A DNA stretch of 64,000 nt from Eledone cirrhosa (lineage: Eukaryota), in the NCBI GenBank assembly GCA_964016885.1, contig OZ024743.1:354764001-354828000 (forward strand). Direction: 5' to 3'. The notes beneath the pieces were generated by a model. It was not told where the DNA came from. It searched no databases and saw only the letters and a program-made list of their open reading frames with translations. Position 1 is the stretch's first letter. Each line of letters begins with the position of its first letter. Below are positions 30,001 through 41,023 of the stretch, in pieces. The translations under genes were made by a program, and so were the position numbers.

Positions 30001-32679
30001 GTCCTCATGATGGTTGTTGTTGGTGGTAGAGATTGAGGTTTTTGTGATTCTGGTAATGGTGATGCTGATGATTGTCCTCATGCTGGTTGTTGTTGGTGGT
30101 AGAGATTGAGGTTTTTGTGATCCTGGTAATCGTGATGCTGATGATTGTCCTCATGCTGGTTGTTGTTGGTGGTAGAGATTGAGGTATTTGTGATTCTGGT
30201 AATGGTGATGCTGATGATTGTCCTCATGCTGGTTGTTGTTGGTGGTAGAGATTGAGGTTTTTGTGATCCTGGTAATCGTGATGCTGATGATTGTCCTCAT
30301 GCTGGTTGTTGTTGGTGGTAGAGATTGAGGTTTTTGTGATACTGGTTAATCGTGATGCTGATGATTGTCCTTATGCTGGTTGTTGTTGGTGGTAGAGATT
30401 GAGGTTTTTGTGAACCTGGTAATCGTGATGCTGATGATTGTCCTCATGCTGGTTGTTGTTGGTGGTAGAGATTGAGGTTTTTGTGATACTGGTTAATCGT
30501 GATGCTGATGATTGTCCTTATGCTGGTTGTTGTTGGTGGTAGAGATTGAGGTTTCTGTGATACTGGTAATGGTGATGCTGATGATTGTCCTCATGCTGGT
30601 TGTTGTTGGTGGTAGAGATTGAGGTTTTTGTGATACTGGTTAATCGTGATGCTGATGATTGTCCTTATGCTGGTTGTTGTTGGTGGTAGAGATTGAGGTT
30701 TTTGTAAGTCTGGTAATGGTGATGCTGATGATTGTCCTCATGCTGGTTGTTGTTGGTGGTAGAGATTGAGGTTTTTGTGATCCTGGTAATCGTGATGCTG
30801 ATGATTGTCCTCATGCTGGTTGTTGTTGGTGGTAGAGATTGAGGTTTTTGTGATTCTGGTAATGGTGATGCTGATGATTGTGCTGATGCTGGTTGTTGTT
30901 GGTGGTAGAGATTGAGGTTTTTGTGATTCTGGTAATGGTGATGCTGATGATTGTGCTAATTCTGGTTGTTGTTGGTGGTAGAGATTGAGGTTTTTGTGAT
31001 TCTGGTAATGGTGATGCTGATGATTGTGCTGATGCTGGTTGTTGTTGGTGGTAGAGATTGAGGTTTTTGTGATTCTGGTAATGGTGATGCTAATGATTGT
31101 CCTCATGCTGGTTGTTGTTGGTGGTAGAGATTGAGGTTTTTGTAATTCTGGTAACGGTGATGCTGATGATTGTCCTCATGCTGGTTGTTCTTGGTGGTAG
31201 AGATTGATGTTTTGTTATTCTGGTAATGGTGATGCTGATGATTGTCCTCATGCTGGTTGTTGTTGGTGGTAGAGATTGAGGTTTTTGTGATTCTGGTAAT
31301 CGTGATGCTGATGATTGTCTTCATGTTGGTTGTTGTTGGTGGTAGAGATTGAGGTTTTTGTGATTCTGGTAATGGTGATGCTGATGATTGTCTTCATGTT
31401 GGTTGTTGTTGGTGGTAGAGATTGAGGTTTTTGTGATACTGGTAATGGTGATGCTGATGAATGTCCTCATGCTGGTTGTTGTTGGTGGTAGAGATTGAGG
31501 TTTTTGTGATTCTGGTAATCGTGATGCTGATGATTGTCCTCATGCTGGTTGTTGTTGGTGGTAGAGATTGAGGTTTTTGTGATTCTGGTAATGGTGATGC
31601 TGATGAATGTCCTCATGCTGGTTGTTGTTGGTGGTAGAGATTGAGGTTTTTGTGATTCTGGTAATCGTGATGCTGATGATTGTCCTCATGCTGGTTGTTG
31701 TTGGTGGTAGAGATTGAGGTTTTTGTGATCCTGGTAATCGTGATGCTGATGATTGTCCTCATGCTGGTTGTTGTTGGTGGTAGAGATTGAGGTTTTTGTG
31801 ATTCTGGTAATCGTGATGCTGATGATTGTCCTCATGCTGGTTGTTGTTGGTGGTAGAGATTGAGGTTTTTGTGATTCTGGTAATGGTGATGCTGATGATT
31901 GTCCTCATGCTGGTTGTTGTTGGTGGTAGAGATTGAGGTTTTTGTGATTCTGGTAATGGTGATGCTGATGATTGTCCTCATGCTGGTTGTTGTTGGTGGT
32001 AGAGATTGAGGTTTTTGTGATCCTGGTAATCGTGATGCTGATGATTGTCCTCATGCTGGTTGTTGTTGGTGGTAGAGATTGAGGTTTTTGTGTTTCTGGT
32101 AATGGTGATGCTGATGATTGTCCTCATGCTGGTTGTTGTTGGTGGTAGAGATTGAGGTTTTTGTGATTCTGGTAATGGTGATGCTGATCATTGTCCTCCT
32201 GCTGGTTGTTGTTGGTGGTATTGATTGAGGTTTTTGTGATTCTGGTAATGGTGTACTGATGATTGTCCTCATGCTGGTTGTTGTTGGTGGTAGAGACTGA
32301 GTTTTTTGTGATTCTGGTAATGGTGATGCTGATGATTGTCTTCATGCTGGTTGTTGTTGGTGGTAGAGATTGAGGTTTTTGTGATTCTGGTAATGGTGAT
32401 GCTGATGATTGTCCTCTACTGGTTGTTGTTGATGGTAGAGATTGAGGTTTTTGTGATTCTGGTAATGGTGATGCTGATGATTGTCCTCTACTGGTTGTTG
32501 TTGATGGTAGAGATTGAGGTTTTTGTGATTCTGGTAATGGTGATGTTGATGATTGTCCTCATGCTGGTTGTTGTTGGTGGTAGAGATTGAGGTTTTTGTG
32601 ATTCTGGTGATGGTGATGCTGATGATTGTCCTCATGCTGGTTGTCATTGGTGGTAGAGATTGAGGTTTTTGTGATTCTG
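1..32679. repeat. 73-bp tandem satellite DNA, ~447 monomers, continues past the left edge of the window
   Basis: Consensus (+) CATGCTGGTTGTTGTTGGTGGTAGAGATTGAGGTTTTTGTGATTCTGGTAATGGTGATGCTGATGATTGTCCT (73 nt) repeats head-to-tail, with 72- and 74-bp indel variants. The + strand is strongly G/T-rich. The last partial monomer ends at ...GTGATTCTG|CATGTGG near 32,679. Confidence 0.99.
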
Positions 32680-33100
32680 CATGTGGTAGTGGTGTTTATG
32701 ATTGTAATGATGGCGGTGCTCGTGGTTCTGGGTTTTTTCATGATGCTGGTGCTGGTGGTTCATAGTGTTGGTGATTGTGGTGGTGTTGGTTGTAATATAG
32801 ATGATTGTAATGTTGCTGGTGGCTTGTAGTGTTGATATTATTCGTGGTAGAGGAGACTATTTTCATGATGCTGGTGGTGATTGTGGTGTTGATGGTTATA
32901 GTGATACTGGTGATGGCGATGGTGATGGAGTTGTTTTTGTGGTGCTAGTGATGGTTATAGTGTTGTTGATTGTAATGATGCCGGTGGTAGTTGTAAAGGC
33001 ATTCATGGTAATAGCCGTGGTGGTGGCAGTGTTGGTGATTATAACGGCTGGTGGTGGAGGTGGTATTGGTGCTTGTAATAGTGCTGTCAATATTGTTGTT
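32680..33100. repeat. Cryptic-simple (GGT/GTT/GAT)n low-complexity tract adjoining the satellite
   Basis: Degenerate trinucleotide mosaic with the same strand bias as the satellite and no 73-bp period. Confidence 0.85.
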
Positions 33101-33160
33101 TAGCCCTCGGTCAAACCTGATAGTATTGACATATGATAAAAGGTTTTTCAGCTATAATCT
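33093..33160 (-). mobile_element. 3' end of a SINE (family with a (CAA)n tail), degenerate
   Basis: Minus strand reads ...CTGAAAAACCTTTTATCATATGTCAATACTATCAGGTTTGACCGAGGGCTAAACAACAA, which resembles, from memory, the 3' end of a common octopod SINE ending GGCTAAACAACAACAA. Possibly related pieces lie at ~43,685-43,770 (-) and ~46,810-46,960 (+). Confidence 0.5.
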
Positions 33161-33577
33161 CCCTATATGATGGCATTATGTATATGTTGATTTGAGGCCC
33201 GTGTTAGCCTTTTCATCAAAATCACTCGAGCCCCACAGATATTCTAAATATGACAATAACGTTTTGTTTTTCACTGTGTGCAGAGGGCCATACTATCTAA
33301 TGCGGCCATCTTTTGGAAAAGAGTAGGATTACATTTGAGTGACACCTTAAAGTCATATATTCTACCCATTTAATTTCTAAGCTGTAGATGTTTGTTGGCA
33401 ATATTCTTCTGACCGTGGAAAATAGACAACTGTCCGCTATGGAGGTTATAAAGAACTTTGAAAAATCTCGTCTGATCAAAAAGTCGTGCATCAGCAACTG
33501 GACTAAAGTGACATTTAAGGCAGAGCCATAAAAATATTGTTTAACACTCGTACGTCAATATACGACGACAGAGTCCG

Positions 33578-33746
<169 letters not shown>

Positions 33747-33820
33747 AGTTTATCCCGGGTTCAATCGGGGGTAACTACTGTAAAAAAAGGTACTCAATAC
33801 AAAGCAGAGTATAAATATTT

Positions 33821-33886
33821 AATATAGAAAAGGTTTCTTTCTCCCGAATGAAACAGTTCTAGTCCTGTAGAAGCCTTTTCTATATT
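33821..33886 (+). mobile_element. (TA)n-flanked PLE-terminal-like fragment carrying a core-deleted hammerhead relic
   Basis: An 18-bp stem AATATAGAAAAGGTTTCT/AGAAGCCTTTTCTATATT encloses TTC-TCCC-GAA-T-GAAAC-AGTTCTA-GTC-CTGT. This is the stem II/GAAA/GUC half of a hammerhead with CTGANGA missing. Confidence 0.45.
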
Positions 33887-33959
33887 ATATATATATATAT
33901 ATATAGTGAAAGAGTGAAGAATAACATGGTCAACAGTACAAAAAGGGTTTTATTTACAG

Positions 33960-34065
33960 TATTAACAATTGTTTCATTGATTAGGGTGTCTAAAAATTGC
34001 TAATCACTTGAAGTTGTCTCACTCGATTTTAAATACAATGTATGCCTAATCAAATCATCAGAATA
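33960..34065 (-). ncRNA. Type I hammerhead ribozyme motif with long stem II
   Basis: Minus strand: TATT CTGATGA T TTGATTAGG...(~59 nt)...CCTAATCAA T GAAAC AATT GTT AATA. Stem I is TATT/AATA, stem II is 9 bp, stem III is the palindrome AACAATTGTT, and the triplet is GUU. Confidence 0.7.
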
Positions 34066-34129
34066 ACAGATTAAAACTATACACGGCGTTTGTAATATAG
34101 TAGGACAATTCAAATCACAACATCAGTAA

Positions 34130-34930
34130 TAAAGAAAGAAAAAGAAAAAGGAAAAAAGAAAGAGAGAGAGAGAAAAAGAAAAAAGAAAAAAGAAAAAAGA
34201 AAAAAGAAAAAAGAAAAAAGAAAAAAAGAAAAAAGAAAAAAAAAGAAAAAAGAAAAAAGAAAAAAGAAAAAAGGAAAAAGAAAAAAAGAAAAAAGAAAAA
34301 AGAAAAAAGAAAAAAGAAAAAAGAAAAAAGAAAAAGAAAAAGAAAAAGAAAAAAGAAAAAAGAAAGAAAAAATGAAAAAAAAAGAAAAAAAAAAGAAAAA
34401 ATAAAAAAAAAAAAATAAAAAAAAAATAAAAAAAAAAAAAAATAAAAAAAAAAAATAAAAAAAAAAAAATAATAAAAAAAAAAGAAAATAAAAAAAAAAA
34501 ATAAAAAAAAAAATTAAAAAAAATTAAAAAAAAATTAAAAAAAAAATAAAAAATAAAAAATAAAAAATAAAAAATAAAAAATAAAAAATAAAAAATAAAA
34601 AATAAAAAATAAAAAATAAAAAATAAAAAATAAAAAATAAAAAATAAAAAATAAAAAATAAAAAATAAAAAATAAAAAATAAAAAATAAAAAATAAAAAA
34701 TAAAAAATAAAAAATAAAAAATAAAAAATAAAAAATAAAAAATAAAAAATAAAAAATAAAAAATAAAAAATAAAAATAAATAATAAAAAATAAAAAATAA
34801 AAAATAAAAAATAAAAAATAGAAAATAGAAAATAGAAAATAGAAAATAGAAAATAGAAAATAGAAAATAGAAAAGAAAGAAAGAAGAAAGAAAAAAGAAA
34901 GAAAAAATAATAAATAAATAATAAATAAGT
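34130..34930. repeat. A-rich heptamer-period repeat: (GAAAAAA)n to (TAAAAAA)n to (TAGAAAA)n
   Basis: Read directly from the sequence. It is the source of the spurious FIFYFLF ORFs. Confidence 0.95.
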
Positions 34931-35354
34931 TAAAATGAAGATGATAAAAAATAAGTAAAAAAATATGTGTGTGAAAAAAAGTGAACATATAGTTCTGAAA
35001 ATAGTTGTGGTGGTGGTGGTGATTAAAGTATAAAGATGTGGTGGTATAAATATGAAAATATTAAATATATACATATATGTATTGGTTAAATTACAGAGGA
35101 TTATTTGAAGAAATAGTACAGTGATAAATAAAGGATAAATTAATAAATTGGAAGTTAAGTAAGAGGTGAAGAGAACATGATAGGATATAATGGAAGAGGT
35201 GAAATAGTTTTACGGAAAGAGAGTGAATGAAAGAAAGGTTAGGGGGTTATGATGTTGATTCAGTGATTAGTTGATATATTGACAGTTAATAATAATGGGT
35301 TATTATAATAGACTCTAAGTGGTTCAGTTTGAATTATGGGATTGTTGGATCGAA

Positions 35355-35513
35355 TCATGGTTTGAAATTAGCGAATTTAGTAGCTGCTTTATGCCTACAG
35401 AAAATTGGCCGTTCTATTTTTCTGTTAAGCAGCATTTTCTCATACTTTAAAATATGGAGCAACTCAATATTGCAAAGTCCGCAGTGGGACATTCCATTTC
35501 TGTAGGCCTTTGC
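35355..35513 (-). pseudogene. Fragment of a Penelope-like element GIY-YIG endonuclease C-terminus
   Basis: Hand translation: AKAYRNGMSHCGLCNIELLHILKYEKMLLNRKIERPIFCRHKAATKFANFKP*. This matches the A-x-x-Y...CxLC-x-x-E...IL...LLN-x-x-x-E...CRH pattern I recall for the end of some PLE endonucleases. An in-frame TAG lies immediately upstream. Confidence 0.7.
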
Positions 35514-35795
35514 CTAGGAATTCCCGAGAACTCGCCACCTAACTAAGGAAACCTCTTGTTGAGTCAAACAAAGCCGTGCGTTAAAACTATCCACAATACA
35601 GAGTACTCACAATCTCTAACTGGATTACCTATAATGATAATTTGTTATTTCATATATACATAGATAGATATATAGATATATATGTATATATGTTAAAGTT
35701 ATATGTGTATAAATATATAAACATATCTAATATGTAGGCATGTAAACATACCAGAAAATACGAATTTCCCTGTAAATGAAAAAAAAATTATAAAT

Positions 35796-35840
35796 ATCTT
35801 TAACTGATTTTCGGATCATATTGGACCCTCATCAGAAGAT
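35796..35840 (-). ncRNA. Minimal type I hammerhead ribozyme motif
   Basis: Minus strand: ATCTT CTGATGA GGGTC CAATAT GATCC GAAAA TCAG TTA AAGAT. Stem I is ATCTT/AAGAT (extendable with mismatches), stem II is GGGUC/GAUCC, stem III is minimal, and the triplet is UUA. Confidence 0.75.
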
Positions 35841-36534
35841 GTGTATATCATCCAATGAACTACAAGGAAACATGTATTTGATGGGTATATAGACACAATT
35901 GCTCTTAGTATTATTCTGAAATGGACATACTAATTTGCATATAATTAGCGCTCAATGGCTATTTGTTCTTACTCTTCTTTTTTATCATAATCCGTTTACT
36001 CCAAGACAAAAAGGAAAGGAGACAGATTTAGTTTGGCTTATTTGTTTGATTTTTGTCGTAGTTTAACCCAAGGACATTCCTCACTGAGCAGGCATATGAT
36101 AAAAATATAGACTTTGCATTGAATAAAGTAAAGAACAGCCATTCAAAAATACACTTTTAAAATTGCTTAAAGGCGTTTCAGTAAAAGACTCTTGCCAATG
36201 TTTTTTCCACTTGGGAGTGAAAGGCCCCCAGTTGTTGTCACAACACCTTTCTAAGAAAGGGAAACTCTGAAAAAAACCCCGCGGAAACATCCGATGATGT
36301 TGACCAGTTCTCCTTTTTGGGTAGGGTTTTCGATGTTCAGATAGTGGGATTGGTCGAGTGCAAGGTCTTTCCCCACTTAAAAAAACCTTCAAATCACCGT
36401 TATTGTTTGTTCAGGATATGTTACAGGTTCGTGTGGCTGGCCTAAAGGTGCACCATTTTCTGTAATCTGACTAGCGATTGCAATAGTCTCAGCAGAGTTT
36501 GCAGCCACAATGTATGTATGTACTGTATGTGGGT

Positions 36535-38365
36535 TTTGGTTGAGGAGAGTCTCCCCCATGACTGGAAAGATGAACTAATGGTGGTTCTCTACACAAGCAA
36601 AGGTGGACGGGGCGGCTGTAACAATTACTGTGGGACATCCGTTCTGTCTGTTGTATGCAAGGTCTTATGTAGGATCATACTGGACAGGCCTCCTTGACAA
36701 AATCGCTGATGAATTCCATCCTGAATATTAGTGTGGCTTTAGAAATGGTAGGGGGACAACAGGCATATCTTTACAGTGTGACAGCTGCAAGAGAAATGCA
36801 TTCACCAGAGGGTGGACCTGTATCAGGTGTTTGTCAATCTGATAAAGGCTTTTGATAAAAATAGAATTACTCTGTGGAAGATTATCAGGTGACTTGAGTG
36901 CCCTGATAAATTCATCTCTGTGTTGAGAAGTTTCCATGATCGAATGAAGGCAAGTGTTAATGTAGGTAGTAAACTCTTTGATCCCATTGTGGTTGAAAAT
37001 GGTGTTAAGCAAAGAGACATTCTGGCGCTGACTCTGTTTGCGTTGTAATTTGCTATGGTTTCTTTGATGGCTTTTGAAGGTTGCTCACATGGGGTTTACA
37101 TTAGATATCAAACAACAGGAAAAATGTTTAATGTCAGGTTTGCTGCCAGAACGAAGATATTTACATCACTGATATGCAAATTCCTGTATGCTAAGATATG
37201 ACCTTGTCGTTCTTTCGGAGAGTAGCATGCAACATCTCATGGATTCTTTTTCGAAACCATGCTGTGCATTGGGTCTAACAAAAAATATTGTGGTGATATA
37301 CCAGCCTACAGTACGCAGACTTACTCTACACCAAACATATATGTCTATGGCCAGAGATATAAATATCTATATCTAGGCAGCACTATGAGTATGATTAGTA
37401 TTCTGGATGAAGAAATCTCATTCCGAATCAAGACGGCAAGTAATGCATTCGGAAAACTGGATGGACGTCCATTGAGACAAAGTTAAAAGTGTATAATGAT
37501 TGTGCTTTGTCATCCTTGTTGTATGCATCTGAGACTTGGGTCAATTACTGAGGGCTTCTCAACCAACAGTATACAAAGCATACACTGGAAAATTACCTGA
37601 TTCACGCTCAAGTCCTCAGACGCAGCCCCTCTACCTGTATAGAGTCTCACATATTTCAGCATCGATTAAAATGGAGTGGTCATATAGTGAGAATGGATGA
37701 TGATCGCATCCTTTATGGTGAGCCGGTCGAAAGTAAACAACCGGCGCACAAACCAAAATTGAAGTACAGGGGTTGCTTTAAAAGCACACTGAGGCCGACA
37801 AAAATATCAGAGAATGACTGGGAGCACCTCGCTCTAGATCGAATTTCCTGAAGGAGGCAGTGCAAGATGGTAGAGGTGGATTTAAAAGAAACCTTGTTGG
37901 TTTGCCTGAATATCTTGGCATGCAGGTTGATTTAACCTGTAAAGAATGTGGCCGGTTATGTCTAAGTAGGGTGGGCCTTTAAGGTCATCGGGGAAGCCAC
38001 GTATACAGAGACACTGTCAACTGTGCATTGTATGGCATTTCTGTTTGCGGGGAATGTGGAAAAGAGTGCGCCTCAGTTGGTGGAATAGAACGTCATATGA
38101 AAGTGCACCAAAACAACACTGTAACACCTACTGCAAGAGACCCCCATCATTGCAACGACTGTGCAAGGGAGTGTCAGTCCCTAGCAGGCATACAAAGCTA
38201 CGTCCGTGCTGCTCATGCTTAAGTATGAAGCGATAGCATTACTGAAAATCAAGAAGCAACCATCATTTAGGGTGTATGTATTTATGTACGTGTGTTTGTT
38301 TGTATGTATGTATGTATGTATGTTTATTTGTTTGTATGTATGTATGTATGTATGTATGTATCTAT
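36535..38365 (+). mobile_element. Degenerate 5'-truncated RTE-clade non-LTR retrotransposon (RT, C-terminal C2H2 fingers, (TATG)n tail)
   Basis: Frame-broken motifs in order: PHDWKD..VVLY.SKG, CNNYCGTSVLSVVCKVLCRIILDR, PE..CGFRNGRGT, QLQEKC, VFVNLIKAFD, NGVKQRDILALTLF, FLYA(DD), YLGS, LLYASETW, RLKWSGHIVRMDDDRI, then three CxxC fingers. It ends in (TATG)n at ~38,275-38,365. Many stops and frameshifts. Confidence 0.9.
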
Positions 38366-39249
38366 GTTTGCCAATGAAAAAGCACGTACGTAATATTGAA
38401 TTTCACTTCAGCTTTATTATTAATAGCTCTTTCGTCAAAACTCATTCGTCAAACATTCTATGTTCTTCTGGATTTTATCACACATCTTGTATGTTCTTCT
38501 GTATTTATTATTTTATAAATCTCACTAATATCAAAACAAAATCTTACTAACATCGAAACGCTTTCATTGGAATTTAGACATCAACTAAGTAAATACATAC
38601 GTATGTCTATATGTTTCTCAGTGTGAGTCCCCAGGAATAGATAATCTTGCATTTGTGTATCTGTATGTTTTGAGCATATGTTTCTATATCTATACAAGTA
38701 TATATGCAGTTATAATATGTTGACTTTCTGAAATGCCTTACATAGATTTACAATTCCGTCAAAGGACTACACTTGCAACTTCCTAAATAGCCATGCTCTC
38801 CCTGGTTCTGTGAAACCTAGCTTCTCAAGATTTGTACTGATGCAAATTGTCACATATCCCAGAACCCCATTGATCACAGGTACAATTCTAAATGTCTAGT
38901 TAAGGTGGAGTATCTCCAGAATTCTCATTAGTACAGCATAAATGTTCACATTTTCCCTCATCTGCAGTATTATATTGATATCTGCAGTGCTGCTGATTTA
39001 CGCGGCTGTGTATACCTTCTTTTCTCTGTCCCATATTACTATGTCTGGTCAGTTATGTTTGCATTTTATTAGTGTTTTGACTGGAACATTCCACAAGTGC
39101 TCCTTCATAGAAATTAAGTAAGTATACGTTCTCCCCCATCACTGTAACGTTTGATATGTTTATTCACAGGAGCCTTCTTTCTACGGATTGCAATGTTCAA
39201 TGATTTTTTACCCCCATCTTGCTGTTAAGGTAGTGTCATGAAATGTATA

Positions 39250-39405
39250 AATGTATGTATGTATGTACTTACACACATACCTACATACACACACGCACAT
39301 GCACGCACACACACTCATACACACACACATACATACAGACACACACGCACACACATACACACACATACACACACACACACACGCACGCATACATATCTAT
39401 ATATA
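39250..39405. repeat. Imperfect (TATG)n/(CA)n microsatellite
   Basis: Read directly from the sequence. Confidence 0.9.
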
Positions 39406-40019
39406 TTGACGCATCTGGTGCAGCCACATGTTGGGGTGCTACTCGAGACGATTTTGCTGTCAGTTGTCACCACTGGTCTCTGTGCTCCGCCATGAGGAGA
39501 AGTGGCGCATGTCATCGAATCAAGATGTCTTTGTCTACTTACTCTGCATTTCTTCAGCTGTCTTTGGAATACCCCAAATTGCATGTAAATATAAAAGTTG
39601 TAAATTCAAATACCAACCCCATAAAACAAATAGAATACAAATTAGTCAAAATGAATAAAGAAATCTACTTATCTTAATTTCCTCGTGCTCTTCATTCACT
39701 CGGATGATCTAAAATCGACCAGCCTGTAGCGGAAAGAGAATCAAGGGTTTAACTCTGTCTAATTCTTCCTTTTACATAATAATTTATCCCCCCATCTTGT
39801 TGGTCATCAGCTCACCGAATCGTCAGACACACGATAACGGACAATGTCAAGGCACAAAATCGCATGCTTCTAATGGATTAAGTTAAGCGCTAATCGAATA
39901 CAAATATCCTCGAACTCATCAAATGCACAAACAGTCAGATTTACAAATGGAATTGTTATTCAAGTGACCTTGTCAAGGAGGATCGCAATACAAACAGTGT
40001 CAAGGGATGACGTAATGTG

Positions 40020-40387
<368 letters not shown>

Positions 40388-40935
40388 AATAGCTCTTGTT
40401 TATTTTAACACGTCTGTTGAGCACTATGATTCGATATGTGATACTTTGTATTCTTACATAATTTACACATCACCGAATTCTTTCGCTAATATAGGGGTTC
40501 CCTCCCTTGCTGAATACCATGTGCATTTTTGGCTATAGGTCCCCTCTGTATTATTGGACGAAAACTCGTTGAAGAAGCATTTTCGCGTTCATCCCTTCTC
40601 TAGAAGTCTTATATATTTTTTATGTGGGCTGATAGTGATTGGATTAAGGAATTGCAGAAACCCAAGAAGCTAGATTTAACATCTTTCTAGCGGGTCCGGG
40701 TGAGTTTTTTACATTCATTTAATTTATTAATTTATTGATATTTTATTTGAGTGACCCGAATTTTCCTGTTCGTTCTTTTTCGGCTGCACGGGTGATTTTA
40801 GGCATGATCTCTATGTGTTGGTATTTTAACGATAGTTATAGCTCTGATTTATCCAAATTATTGAGCCCTCTGCCACACATGTCGGATATTGTTTATCGTG
40901 ATTTCGTGGGCTGATATTCCGATTCTCGATTATTC

Positions 40936-40938
<3 letters not shown>

Positions 40939-41022
<84 letters not shown>
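40939..41022. repeat. (TA)n microsatellite
   Basis: Read directly from the sequence. Confidence 0.98.

Positions 41023-41023
<1 letters not shown>

Larger units (their letters stand above)
33905..35520 (-). mobile_element. 5'-truncated Penelope-like element: GIY-YIG C-terminus, long U-rich 3' region, hammerhead, end at (TA)n
   Basis: In minus-strand order: endonuclease C-terminal peptide (35,355-35,513), low-complexity spacer, hammerhead (33,960-34,065), AATAAA, then (TA)n at ~33,887-33,905. Treating these as one element is an inference from order and strand. Confidence 0.6.

Noticed and set aside
1-32679. CTGATGA in every satellite monomer as a hammerhead core
   Set aside because: The consensus monomer has no downstream GAAA, no stems II/III and almost no self-complementarity on the G/T-rich strand; the match comes from (GAT/GCT) triplets.
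1-32679. CRISPR array or telomeric repeat
   Set aside because: There are no unique spacers or cas genes and the context is eukaryotic. No TTAGGG-type repeat is present.
266-32741. Dozens of 60-195-aa ORFs in the satellite (His/Gln/Thr-rich or Val/Leu/Met-rich)
   Set aside because: They are translations of a 73-bp non-triplet repeat with recurring stops and 1-bp indels, with no gene structure.
36081-36392. 103-aa ORF upstream of the 35,796 hammerhead as a PLE protein
   Set aside because: No RT or GIY-YIG motif was recognisable by eye in the frames I read.
39795-39830. CTGACGA and CTGATGA on the minus strand
   Set aside because: No stem II-GAAA or closing stem I at a suitable distance.
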